Source of the DNA: Mustelus asterias
Taxonomy: Eukaryota
Direction of reading: 5' to 3'
DNA: 64,000 nucleotides
Assembly (NCBI RefSeq): GCF_964213995.1
Contig: NW_027590128.1
Location: 806,001-870,000 of the forward strand
The position numbers were made by a program, and so were the translations under genes. Positions 13,130 to 27,447 of this stretch are shown here, in pieces. The stretch's first letter is position 1, and each line of letters opens with the position of its first letter. Under the pieces are notes generated by a model. The model saw nothing but the letters and a program-made list of their open reading frames with translations. It had not been told where the DNA came from and ran no database searches.

Positions 13130-15670
13130 CGAGCAAAACTGGAATCAATGGATATCAAGGGGCAAACTCTCTGCTGGTTGGACTTATACCTGGCAATTAG
13201 GAAGATGGTTGTGGTTGTGGAGGGTCAGTCATCTCAGCTCCAGGACATCAATGCAGGGATCTCTCAGGGTAGTGTCCGAGGCCCAACCATCTTCAGCTGC
13301 TTCATCAATAACCTTCCCTCCGTCATAAGGTCAGAAGTGGGGATGTCCGCCAATGAATACACAATGTTCAGCACCATTTGTGATTCCTCAGATACTGAAG
13401 CAGTCCATGTCCAAATACAACAATATCCAGGCTTGGGCTGACAAGTGGCAAGTAACATTCATGCCACATAAGTCCGAGGCAATGACCATCTCTAACAGGA
13501 GAAGATCTAACCATCACCCCTTGAGATTCAAGGGCATTACCATCACTGAATCCCCCTTCCACTATCAACATCCTGGGGGGTTACATTGACCAGAAACCCA
13601 TAGATACTGTGGCTACCAGAGCAGGTCAGAGACTGGCAGCCCTGAGGAGAGTAACTCACCTTCTGACTCCCCCACCCAAAGCCCGTCCACCATCTACATG
13701 ACACAAGTCAGGAATGTGATGGAATACTCTCCACTTGCCTGAATGAGTGCAGCTCCCAACAACACTCAAGAAGCTCAAAACCATCCAGGACAAAGCAGCC
13801 CCACTTGATCAACACACTAACCACAAACATTCACTCCCTCTACCACCGACGGACAGTAGCAACAGTGTGTACCATCTACAAAATGCACTGCAGGAACTCA
13901 CCAAGACTCCTTAGGCAGCATCTTACAGACCCAGAAACATTACCATCTAGAAGGACAAGAGCAGCAGATACATGAGAATATCACCACCTGGAAGTTCCTC
14001 TCTAAGTCACTCATGTCAGGAAAACAGAGATAGTTTTAAGTGATCTATGTTTCTATTGTTAAATATTAGAAATAAAGTATAGATTTAAGTAAGTTTGATT
14101 TAGTGTTTCTGTGTAGGAAGAGGAGAACTTTGGTTGGATTAATGTTGAACAAAGGTGTTTGCATGTGTGGGGGATAGGTTTCAATTGAAATTGTATTCCT
14201 GTTGTGCTGAGAGAGTTTATGGCGTGAAAAATAAACGTGAAGTTGGAGAAGTAATGCATTGTTGCATAGCAACCAGGGGCACCTTTAGGGTGAGAAGGTT
14301 TTTGAGTGTAGTATTAGTTGAATTTATAGTCTTTGGTCGTGACTTTTAAGGGGCGTCTTGACAAATACATGAATAGGATGGGAATAGAGGGATATGGTCC
14401 CTGGAAGGGTAGGGGGTTTTAGTTCAGTCGGGCAGCATGGCCGGTGCAGGCTTGGAGGGCTGAAGGGCCTGTTCCTGTGCTGTAATTTTCTTTGTTCTTT
14501 GTTCTATAGCAGTTGGGATGAGGAAACGAGAGAGTGAGCAGCTCTCAGCTCTACTAGAAGCAGGAAAGCCATACAATGGAGTAATGTGTGCGAAAGCAAG
14601 CTCCAGAGGAACTAAAGGACAGTTAGTTTGAGAAACCCGGGAATGGAAAAGAAGCTCCAGGAATATTGAAGAAAAAAAGGAACAGCATTGTCTTTTGAAC
14701 AGGATACTATTCATGGAAGTTAAACTCAGACCTGGGAAGAAAAGAACTGATGAGGTTGGTGACAGACAAGCCGCATATCTGAATAGTGGGAAGGTTTGAT
14801 GTCCTTAAATCCAGATTTTGAAGCAATTGTATTCTGTTACAGACTGATGATCTGAGTTTATGCAGAATTTTGGAAGCATGTTGCAATTCAAGGCAAAGGA
14901 ATTCTGAGAGTTAAAAACCTAGAGGCAGCTTCTTGCTAAAAGAGTGGAGAGAAAGGCTTGTTTGAAAGGATAATTGGAAGACCTGGAAGTGGATCTTTGT
15001 TGAAAGCAATGGAGAGAAACTTGGTTTGGAAGGAGATATTAACACGTGTCTTTCTGAGAGCGGAGTTTGAAAACACTCGAGACAATCATCTGGGGGGGAA
15101 ATTTGAGGAGAAATCCACAGAGGATCGATTGAGTTGCATCTGCCACTTGGTTTCAGAGTGGGGGTTGTCTGATCACAGCTAACCTGTGGGTTTAAAGGAA
15201 CCATGTGTTTACTGAGAACATTATAGCATAAGGAATTTTAAATCTATGTTATCCTTGAAATCTGGATACATTTGTGAAGGTAAGTGTGAGTCAAGGAGTA
15301 TTTTGTTATCGTCAAACTCTTCGTGTTTAATAAATATTTTATTAAAAGCTAATTGGCAGTCCTGAGATTCTGTTCCTTTATGTTTTCTACAAAAAGTAAA
15401 AGTTGCAGTCTTTTGAGCCAGTGTTCCATCCTGGAATCATCCTGTCCAATTATAACATCAACTGGGATCGTAACACTCACATCTTGACTTCAAAATATAT
15501 CGCTGTTCCTTTGCTGTCACTGGACCAGAATCCTGGAGCTTCCTCCCAAACAAGTGTGGGTGTCCCTACACCACAGGGATTGCTGTGGTTCTAGAAGGCA
15601 GCTCAACACCACCTTCTCAAGGCCATTTAGAAATGGGCAATAAATGCTGACCTAGCCAGTGAGGCCCACC
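13130..15670 (+). mobile_element. CR1/L2-group LINE 3' fragment split by a solo LTR (14014-15475)
   Basis: GISQGSVRGPTIFSCFINNLP and WADKWQVTF motifs; sequence resumes after the insertion at 15476 and ends with an AATAAA-containing tail. Confidence 0.7.
14014..15475 (+). mobile_element. Solo LTR (Gypsy/ERV-like) with nested CR1 tail at about 14337-14505
   Basis: Begins TGTCAGGA, ends TCGTAACA, flanked by 4-bp direct repeat CTCA (14010-14013, 15476-15479); AATAAA near 15269. Confidence 0.75.
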
Positions 15671-17274
15671 TTTTATTATTCAGGGCAGGCTGTGGGCTTT
15701 GACCTCTGTAAACGAATAAAAAATAAGGTAATACCTGTTTTTAGCCCATTGAATTGGTTTTCAATGACAGCATTGTCTTCTCCCTTGTTCTTATGTCCTG
15801 GGCCTATTACACGGTTATACTTGAAGGAATAGAGCCAGCCTGACTCCACTGTGTTATCTCTGACACTGTTATCATTCCCTAAGCTGCTACAGACTAGTTC
15901 ATTAGCTCAAACAAACACATCTTTCTCACAGTGTGAGGCCAGTTTCCTGCACAATTTAATTCATTTTGCAGACATTGCTAATTCCAGCAAGGCTGCGACT
16001 TGACTACATTGACCAGCATGCTTTGCACATTGAACCCACAATGCAGTTCAGTGCAGTTCTTCAGATATGCTCAGTCTGGGTTCTTCTATCACCCTCGATA
16101 TTTCCTGTTACCACCATGAGAGACTCCACACACAGCGTTACACCACAACCCGTGAACACTGATTAATATAAAATAAATAAAGTTACAAACTGACTGCACA
16201 TTAAAAAGGTCCATAATACATTGGTTTCCAATAGAGCCATTGTAATAAAAGCCAATGAAGTTATGCTGAGGCTTTATGAAGCACTGTTTAAACCACAATG
16301 GGAATATTGTGTTCATATCCAGACAGCACGCTTTAGGAATGATGGGATGGTCCTTGAGAAGGTGCGGAGGTTCACCAGAATGGTTCCAGCAATGAAGGAT
16401 TTTAACTCCAAGGTCAGGTTTGAGAAGTTGGAGTTATTCTCCCTGGAATGAAGGAGGCTAAGGGAAGATCTGATAGAGGTGAACACTATTATGACAGGTT
16501 TAGATCAAGTGGATACAGAAATTGGCCACGATTGACAGAGACTGCTGGAGGCAAGGCTATTGGTTAATATAACTTTTTATTGCACCTTCTTCTAAATATG
16601 TACAGCACAAGGCTCAGCAGACAACCATCTCTCAGCAGACTCTTATCATCTGATCTTACATCACTGGGTAGAATATTTACAAATTTAACATTAACCCTTT
16701 ACACTGCACCAAGTCTTCAGTCAGCCTCCTAACATCCCCTCAGTGCCAGTTGTCTGATTTATCAATTGATGTTTCTGAGATTCACCTTGGGACACTCTCC
16801 TACATTGAAGGTCTGATGTAAACAAAAGTTATTTTTTAAATCTCATTGTAACAGACTGAGGAAGTCAGGATTAAAACAATATCTGGGTAAATGGAGTTAG
16901 GTCACAGATCAGCCATGACCTCAGTGAATGAGAGAACAGGCTTGAGGGGATAAATGACCTCCTCCTGTTCCTGGTAAACTTGGACTCAGACACCAGCTGA
17001 TGAATGGAAAGTGATGGGAGACCTGGGGAGAAGAGACTTCATCAGAAACCAGCACTGGAGCAGAGTTAGAGAGTGGGAGAATCCTGGGGAGAAACTACAC
17101 AGGAACTGGAGCAGGTTGTTCAGCCCTTCCAGTCTGCTCTGTCATTCAGTTAGACTCTGGCTGATCAATCAGATTATTATCAAGATTTATTTGATTCTAT
17201 TCTGTAGATTAAGCTGCAGCTCAGTTTTATGGGAAATTAACATCAGCAGAAACAAACTCCAACTATCACAATGG

Positions 17275-18590
17275 GAACATGTGAATTAGGAGCAGGAGAA
17301 GGCCACTCGGCCCCTCGAACCTGCTCCACTATTAAATAGGATCCCGGCTGATCCGATTGTAGCTTCAACTCCACTTTCCTTCTTGTCCCTCACACCCTTT
17401 GACTCTCTTGTCAATCAAGAATCTATTAAATTCAGACTTCAGAATATTCAGTGAGCCAGCCTCCACCACTCTCTGTGGAAGAGGATTCCACACTGTAACA
17501 ACCCTCTGAGAGAAAAGGTTTCTCCTCATCTCAGTCTTAAATGGGAGACCCCTTATTTTTAAACTGTGCCTCTAGTTCTCCTCTCTCTACAATCAACATC
17601 AGTCAAGTCCCCTCTGAATTTTATATGTTTCAATCAGATCCCCTCTCATTCTTCTAAACCCCAATAGATATAGGCCGAACATTCCAACTTTTCATCATAT
17701 GATAACTCCCTCATCCCAGGAATCAGTCAAGTAAACCTTCTCCAAGCTACTTCTCACACAAGTCCTCTCTTACGTAAAGAGACCAAAACTATACACCGTG
17801 CTCTTGATGTGGTCTCACCAATACCCTGAACAAATGTAGCAAAACATCCCTGCAATAAACAACAATTCATTTACCTTTCTAATCATTTGCTGTGTCCACA
17901 CACTAACTTTTCCTGATTACAGTACCAGGACACCCAGATCCCTCTGTACCTCAAAGTTCTGCAATCGCTCGCTTTAAATAATCAACTGCTTTTCCATCCT
18001 TCCTGCCAAAGTGGACAAGTTCACATTATTCAAAAATCTTGTTCCAGCTGCCAACTTTTTACCCACTCACTGACCCTATCTATATCGCTTTACAGGCTTG
18101 TTATGGTCATTCACATCTCACTTTTCTTCCTAACTTTGTGTCATCAATAAATTTTGACCCTGTCAGTCATCCACATCATGAAAATAGTTTGTCAATAGTT
18201 GAGGGCCCAGCACTGGTCCCTGTGGCACTCCACAGGCTACACTTTGCCATCCCAAAAATGACTCATTTCTCCCTCCTGTTTCCTATTAGCTAATCAATCC
18301 TCTATCCATGCTAATATAAAGAATCAAAGTGGATGGGATGCTAATATGCCATGCCTTATGCTACAAATTCTTATTTAGTGTGGTAAACTTTGACGTGGCA
18401 CCGTGTCAAATGCCTTCTGGAAATCTAAATACACCACATCCACAGGTTCCACTTTATCCACATTGCTTGTCACTTCCTCAAAGAAATCCGATACATCAAT
18501 TAACATGATTTCCCTTGCACAAAACCATGTTGACTCTGCCTGATTGCACGGAGATTATCTGTGTCCCACCCCAGTCTCCTTAATAACAGA
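17275..18590 (-). mobile_element. Decayed CR1 3' region
   Basis: Antisense similarity to the CR1 tail and RT at 36033-37314 (GGAGCAGGAG..GGCCA; AAATGCCTTCTGGAAATC). Confidence 0.7.
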
Positions 18591-18670
18591 ATGAACATGA
18601 TTCAGTCCTGCATGGGATTATTTATTTACTAATTACTTAAATAATAGATAGATAAATAAATGAACATGAT

Positions 18671-19889
18671 TCAGTCCTGCATGGGATTAGCAGCAACGGC
18701 AGAATCCAATCCCTGCAGTGACTTGTGAACTTGCTGGTGTCTCAGCAGATTGGCTGACCGAGCAAATCTCTTCCCACATACGGAGCAGGTGAATGATCTC
18801 TCTCCAGTGTGAACTTGCTGGTGTTTCAGCAGGTCCTTAGTGCTTTTAAAACTCTTCTCACACTCAGAACATTTGAAAGGTCTCTGATCAGTGTGGACCA
18901 GTTGATGTGCAATGAGCTGGGGTGGCTGAGTGAATCGTTTCCCACATGTGGAGCAAGCGAAGGGTTTCTCCCCAGTGTGAATTCGCTCGTGTATCAGAAG
19001 GTGAGGTGAATCCCTTCCCACACACACAGCAAATGAATGGCTTCTCCCCGGTGTGAACTCGCTGGTGTCTCAGACGGTGGGATGAATGGGTGAATCCCAT
19101 CCCACACACCGAGCAGGTGAACGGTTTCTCCCCAGTGTGAACTCGCTGGTGTGTCACCAAATCCTGTTTACTTTTAAAGCTCTTCTCACAGTCAGAACAC
19201 TGAAATGGTCTCTTATCAGAGTGAACTCGCTGGTGTGTTTGCAGCTGGGTTAAACGTCCGAATCTCCTCTCACACACGGAGCAGGTGAATGGCTTCTCCC
19301 CAGTGTGAGTGCGCTGATGGACTTGTAAATCATTTTTACTTTTAAATCTCTTCTCACAGTCAGAACATTGAAATGGTCTCTGATCAGTGTGAACAAGTTG
19401 GTGTGTCAGAAGGTGGGATGACTGAGTGAATCCCTTCCCACACACTGAGCAGGTGAACGGTCTCACCGCCATGTGAGTGCGCTGGTGTCTCAGGAGGTCC
19501 TTTGTGCTTTTAAAGCTTTTCTCACAATCAGAACACTGAAACAGTCTCTGATCGGAGTGAACCTGCCGGTGAATCAGGAGGCTTGATAAAGCATGACATC
19601 CCTTCCCACATTCGAGGCAGGTGAATGGCCTCTCACCAGTGTGAACACGCCGGTGTGTATAGAGGCTGGATGAGTAAGCAAATCCTTTCCCACACTCAGA
19701 GCAGGTGAATGGCCTCTCACCAGTGTGAATGCGACGATGAATATCCAATTCGGACGGGTAATTGAATCCCCTCCCACAGTCACCACATTTCAGTGGTTTC
19801 TCTGTGGAGCGGGTATCCTCATGTGACTCCAGGTTGGATGATGAGTTGAAGCCACGTTTACACAGAATATGTGTCGGGTCACTACTCAC
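18671..19889 (-). pseudogene. Tandem C2H2 ZNF (ZNF-4), 13 fingers with a frameshift in finger 10
   Basis: ORF 18888-19889 (9 fingers) continues in ORF 18671-19027 after a small deletion near 19005; C-tail LQGLDS...QD* as in ZNF-9. Confidence 0.8.
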
Positions 19890-20390
19890 TGAGAATGATG
19901 TGATTATTTTTCAGACTTTTTAAACCACTTTCCACATTCAGCACATTGGAAACTCTCAGGTGTGTTTGTGTGTAGGTGCTTTTTCAGTCACACTGATGTT
20001 TGAAATCTTTGCCCGCAGACAGAATGAACATTTCTCCTTCTGGAGACAAAGGCTGACGATATTCAGTTTCTGATTAATCAAATCACTGAAACAGATCTTG
20101 ATGTGAAGTTTGGTTTGAGTTTCACATCTGTAAATCCTGCTTCATAATACCCTGCAAAAACAGTTTACAAATACCATCACTGTCAGTGCAGGATAGAAAT
20201 TCTGAACAGACAATTCATAGTTTCTCTGGAACATATTTTCCTCTCTTGTTCCCCCAAATCTATAAATCCCCGTCCCACACACTCTCCCTCCTCCCCTGGG
20301 CTGAAATCCAAACCCATCTCACCATCTCCACCATTTCTTCCCTCCACTCCCAGTTTTCTCCCTCCCTCTCCTCTGTCTGGGTTCAGTTCT

Positions 20391-20675
20391 TGATGTGGAA
20401 ATCTCACCAACTGTCCTGGCTGGAGACAATACATATCTCTTTAACCTGTGCTTAACCCTCTCTCCACTCACATTGTCTGTACCTTTAAGACTTGATTACC
20501 TGTAAAGACTCGCATTCCAACCATGATCTTGTAAATTGAGTTTGTGTCAATATATATGCCCCGTTTATGAACACAAGTCCCACTCACCTGACGAAGGAGC
20601 AGTGATCCGAAAGCGAGTGGCTTTTGCTACCAAATAAACCTGTTGGACTTTAACCTGGTGTTGTGAGACTTCTTA
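20391..20675 (+). mobile_element. PLE terminal-repeat insertion with 14-bp TSD
   Basis: TSD CTGGGTTCAGTTCT (20377-20390, 20676-20689); empty site in paralog at about 52628-52642; degenerate hammerhead at 20585-20619. Confidence 0.85.
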
Positions 20676-20849
20676 CTGGGTTCAGTTCTCCAGCTCCTGT
20701 CTGCAGACTGACAATAAAACCAATGGGTCTTATTGGGGGTGTTGGGGCCTCCAGAGGGTGTTTGTGAATCCTCCCCGCCCACCTCCCAGGGTTTCCTTCC
20801 TTCCCAGAGATCAGAGTCCTCATTGATTTGAGGCCAAAGTGTAACCTCT

Positions 20850-21980
20850 TATTTATTGTCCCCCTCCCCCATCCTCTGATGTGAACCATCCTCCAGTGGC
20901 TGAGCCAGGATGGGGCCGTTAACCTGGGCCTGTTCCCGGGAGGGAGGGAGGGAGAAGCCCCGCAGCTGCAAACCAGGGAGCTGACAATGATTCTGAAGGG
21001 TTTGCGGATCCACAAAGTGTTTCCAAATCCTCCCAGCCACCGCCTGACGCTGACTCCGCTACTCCGGGACAAACAAGCGCCAAGGACAGCACTGACACTG
21101 CGCATGCTCCACATCACAATGCCCGGGGACTGATTGACGGCAGCTCCGGACCAATAGGAAGAGGGGGCGGGGCTGGGGGACCGAGCGGGAGCGGCTGGTC
21201 CTCCAGCCAATCGGAGTGAATGAGGGGCGGGACCTGAAGCATGCGCAGTGCGGGTAATGGCGACGGACGGCCGGTTTTAGTTTGGAAGCGAGATCATTAC
21301 GAGGTAGAGGGCGGCGTGCGGGGAATGATAAATGTGGCGGGTGGGTGGAGAGACTTTGTAAACATGTTGTTCAACCCCAAACCCCGGAAATGAACTTCCC
21401 GGTCCCCCCCTTTGTACCAAATGGAGCGGCAGCTTGTAGTGTTAGACCCGGGCTGACTGCCGCCATTGAGGCTGCATGTGGGAGGCCGGCAGAGGTTGTG
21501 ATCGGAGAGTGAAGCCCTGACGTCACAATGGAATGAGTGAGGGTGTGACATCACAATGCAATGGGTGAGGGTGTGACGTCACAATGGACTGGGTGAGGGT
21601 GTGACGTCACGAGGGTGTGACGTCACAATGGAATGTGATCGGAGAGCAAAGTTTCACTCTGAAGCTCATTGGACAACTTCCGCATTGTGATGCCACGATA
21701 GAGCCCTACCTGAATCAGCCAATAGGAATCACTCTGCTCCGCGGTGACGTCTCTGGGTTCCAGTGAGCAGGCCCGGGCGCGCGGACCCAGGAGCCCCGCC
21801 CCCACCCATTGTTCCCCTCCCCCTGCACCACATCGAGCCAAGGTTTCCAGGCAACCGACTGGCGGCTCCGGCCAGAGCGAGAAGCCGCTCGGTGATCTCC
21901 CCCTCCCCCTGGCCCGGGACTGCAAAATGTCTAAGGGAGGGGGAAGCTGTGCATATGCGGGGGAGAACCCACCCTCTGAA
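20850..21980. promoter_or_regulatory. Bidirectional CpG promoter P3 between ZNF-4 (-) and ZNF-5 (+)
   Basis: Head-to-head genes; NRF1-like, CCAAT, GC-box, ETS-like (ACTTCCCGG), YY1-like (GCCGCCATT) motifs and a CRE array. Confidence 0.75.
21515..21634. repeat. 28-bp CRE minisatellite, about 4.5 units
   Basis: GAGGGTGTGACGTCACAATGGAATGGGT-like units; 4 perfect TGACGTCA. Confidence 0.85.
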
Positions 21981-22408
21981 TGAGAGAGGAAAGAATGTTC
22001 CATAGAAATTGTCTGTTCTGAATTTCTATCCTGTACTGACACTGATGACTTTTGTAAACTCATTTTACAGGATATTGAAAGAGGAATCACAGGCCGAAAT
22101 CTCAAACGTCACGTTTCGACGTGACAGTCATATCCCTTGTCATCGGACTTTGAATCCAGAAGGAGAAATGATTGTCCAGTCTGTCGATTTGAAAAGATTT
22201 GAAATGTCAGTGAGAGTGAAAAAGCATCAACACACTGCCACACTTGAGTGAGTGTGTTCCAATGCACTGACTAAAGAGCTTTAACCAGTTACACAGCCTG
22301 AACAAATATCACACCATTCACAGCGGGTGGAGACTGTAATCTTGTTCTGTGTGTGGATGAAGTTTCAACTAATTGTCCACTCAAGAGAGAGGCAAGGACA
22401 CCAGCACC

Positions 22409-23676
<1,268 letters not shown>

Positions 23677-23905
23677 TGACAGTGGTTGGATTCTGCTGTT
23701 ATTGTTTCTGCTCTCAGTTGCATCCAGGATTGCATTTTGTTCATTCTCACAGTTGGTCAATGGGAAGGGTCAGGGGGTTTCTTTGTGCTGGACTGGCTGG
23801 TCTCAGCCTCCAGTGGGCTGATGCTCTTTGAGTCTTTTTGCAAATACCTGGTTTCAAATGTCACAAGGATCACAGAGTGACAGGGTGTTAGGAAGTTTCG
23901 AGATA

Positions 23906-24980
23906 TTTAGTCAGAGGAAAACAGAGGTTGGCAGTGCAAAGGTACATTTCTGAATGGAGGGCTGTGACAAGTGGCGTTCCTCAGGGATCAGTGCTGGGAC
24001 TTTTGCTGCTTGTAATATATATAAATGATTTGGAGGAAAATGTAACTGGTTTGATTGGTAAGTTTGTGGACGGCACAAAGGTTGGTGGAATTGCGGATAG
24101 CGATCGGGACCGGCAGAGGATACAGCAGGATATAGATCAGTTGGAGACTTGGGCGGAGAGATGGCAGATGAAGTTTAATCCGGACAAATGTGAGGTAATG
24201 CATTTTGGAAGGTCTAATACAGATGGGAAATATACAGTAAATGGCAGAACCCTTAAGAGTATTGAGAGGCAGAGGGATCTGGGTGTACAGGTACACAGGT
24301 CATTGAAAGTGGCAATGCAGGTGGAGAAGATAATCAAGAAGGCATACGGCATGCTTGCCTTCATCGGCCGGGGCATTGAGTTTAAAAATTGGCAAGTCAT
24401 GTTGCAGCTTTATAGAACCTTAGTTCGACCGCACTTGGAATCTAGTGTTCAATTCTGGTCACCACACTACCAGAAGGATGTGGAGGCTTTGGAGAGGGTA
24501 CGGAAAATATTTATCAGGATGTTGCCTGGTGTGGAGGGCATTAGCTATGAGGAGAGGTTGGAGAAACTTGGTTTGTTCTCAGTGGAACGACAGAGGTTGA
24601 CGGGGGGGGCGACCTGATAGAAGTCTACAAGATTATGAGGGGCATGGACAGAGTGGATAGTCAGAAGCTTTTTCCCAGGGTGGAAGAGTCAATTACTAGG
24701 GGCATAGGTTTAAGGTGCGAGGGGCAAGGTTTAAAGGAGATGTACAAGGCAGGTTTTTTTACAGAGGGTGGTGGGTGCCTGGAACTCGTTGCTGGGGAAG
24801 GTAGTGGAAGCAGATACGATAGTGACTTTTAAGATGTGTCTTGACAAATATATGAATAGCATAGCAATAGAGGGATATGGTCCCCGGAAAGGTAGTGGGT
24901 TTTAGTTCAGACGGGCAGCATGGTTGCTGCAGGCTTGGAGGGCCAAAGGGCTTGTTTCTGTGCTGTAATTTTCTTTGTTC
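23906..24980 (+). mobile_element. 5'-truncated CR1 with 3' tail
   Basis: ORF 23928-24617 is an RT C-terminus; tail GCTGTAATTTTCTTTGTTC; absent from the paralogous site at about 47095. Confidence 0.9.
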
Positions 24981-26689
24981 ATCATTCTGTTTGGAACATC
25001 CCAAATGCCCATCCAATTTCCTTTTTAATTGTTTATTGTCTCCACTTCCTCCACCCCCGTAGGCAGCGAGTTTCAGGTCATTACCATTCACTACATCAGA
25101 ATATTCTTCCTCACATCTCTTCCCACACCCCCCCCCCCCGCCTCTTCAATCTCTGACCCAAAACAAGAAATCTGTGTCTCCCTCGTCCTTGTCCCTTCAG
25201 CTAATGGGAACAGCTTTTTTTTGTCCACCTTATCTAAACCTGTCAGAATCTTGTCCACCTCTATCAAATCTCCCCTCAACCACCTTTGCTCCAAGGAGAA
25301 CAACCCCAGCCTGACATTGACAATAAAGAACAAACTAACAGAATATGTTACTGTCTCAAATCAAATGGGAATGTTTAATTTCTATTTTAAAGATATTGTG
25401 AATATATTGTCCTGGACAATAAAGGAATTGGAATAACTCACCTTGGGTGTGGTTGAATGGAATATATCAATCTGGTATCCACCTACAGTCCAGTGAAAGT
25501 CTGGAATGTGTAGCTGGAAGTCCCTTCCTAACAGCACTGTGGGTGTACGTGCACCTCCGGCATTGCAGCAGTTCAAGAAGGCACCCTTGGGGTTGGGGTT
25601 GACCATGGCCAAGGCAGCTACATACAGCCACATATTCTGTTATAATTGAAGGACTGCAGATTGAATGTGAGGCATTGTGGGACTGGACTATCTTGACCAT
25701 ATTCCTGTGACTGCCCGGAAACTTGTGCCTATTTTAGTTTATAATTGAGGATTTCTGGGAATAAGTTAAATGTGGAAATATTAACCATAGCCTGGAGGAA
25801 TTTGGAATAACTGAGAATTTTATCCCCAGATAAAGAACAAAGATTTTGCCGGTGTTTGGGTGTAACGTGTTTGGGATTTTAAATCACCAAAGACAAGATG
25901 TTGCCTCTAAAATCAGTCCTTGTAAGTTGGCTTAAAAAAGGTTAAGTTATAATGAAGGATCTTGTATCTTATTTTAATCAAGGAGTTGTGAACTTGTAGT
26001 GCTCTGTCGCTTTAAGAAGCTATAGCTGCGAGAGAGAATGCTGAGGATTCATTGTTTGAAATTTATGAGCTGTGAGCATCTGTGTGTTTTGTTTGTTTTA
26101 TGTGGATGTTTGTCGATGTGTTTTATTATTGTTTTGGGCTACATTTGTTCAGGTTTATCTTTCTGGAGAATTAACCTTACCTTGAGTCTTTAATTAAAGG
26201 CATTTTTGGAAGTTTAAAAACAGGATCACAAGAACACTTAAGGAATTAATTTTGGTTCTTGTTGTTGTAAAGCACATGTTAACTTTCTCTGTTTGTGTGT
26301 GGATGATATTTGTGGGATGAACGCTTCACACTTTGAGGTTTTCTGTCTGTGATTTAAATCAAACAGATTTTTAAAAAAGGAAGTGTGATTAATAAAGCAT
26401 TTTTTGTTCAGAAGTTATGAACCTGGAGCCATATTTACTGGCCAGAGACAGGATTCCAGGATATTTTACTAAACATGTGGGAATTTTAATCCGGATACAA
26501 TTCACCCATGTGAGAATGAGAGTTTTAATTTGTAATGGTTATTTAAAATTTGATACATATGAAACGATTCTGACCAATCCTGTGTTGGATTGACCTTGGG
26601 TTAAACTTCCTGTCAGGTCCAAAGATTTATTCCTGACGCAAGTAACACAAAGAAAAGGAAAATTTTGGAATTGGATACTGAAGAAAAGC

Positions 26690-27440
26690 GTTTAAAAGGA
26701 GAGATTATTAAATAGAAATGATTCCCAGACCATGTGGTCGTTAGATTAAAACAAAGGGTGCTGACATCCATTTGAGAACTTTTAATCCACCCCATTTCAA
26801 ACAAAAGAAGTCTATATACAAAACCCAAGGATGGTAGATAAAGGGTCTGGAAAGCATCATGATGGGGGCACCTATCTGTCCATGAGATGATCACAAAGAC
26901 CCATAACGCCCAGATACTAATTTTGCTGGACCTCTATGTAATGTGTGTAATCTATAACCATTCTGATTGGATTGTGTCCAGCTGGGATGGACTGAGTAAC
27001 TGCATAAGAATTGATGATATTCTTTGTTGGGTGGATTTGCACATGGTCAGTCCCTGTGGCTTCTCCCCGCTGGCGTAACTCAATAAATTGTTTGTCAATT
27101 GAATCACAGGTTTGGGTGTTGAATGATTCTTCTGAGTTCATTCCCCCCAACACACTGGGTACATTACCACTTCATCCTTGGGGGTGTTCTGATAGACTGT
27201 GGTCCAGACATGTGGACTTTGGGGGACCTTTGATGAATCACGTGTTTGGTTGTTGTAGATGCACATTCAAAATGGTTGGAAGCACAGATCATGAGTAATA
27301 TTCCAGCTCCTGTGACAATTGAGAAGCTCTGTCAAATTTTCACAAGCCCTGGGTTACCAGATTGGCTTGTTTCAGATAACGACACTCTGTTTACAAGTGA
27401 GGTGTTTCAGGAATTCCTGTAAAGGAATGGTCTACGCCAT
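26690..27440 (+). mobile_element. Decayed Gypsy-like pol/integrase relic
   Basis: PLHPW..DRLWSRHVDFGGP; inverted paralog at 30190-30820. Confidence 0.65.
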
Positions 27441-27447
27441 GTGCATA

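Noticed and set aside
20650-22105. ORFs repeated in the GC-rich promoter modules
   Set aside because: Stop-poor GC-rich DNA copied by duplication; frames differ between copies
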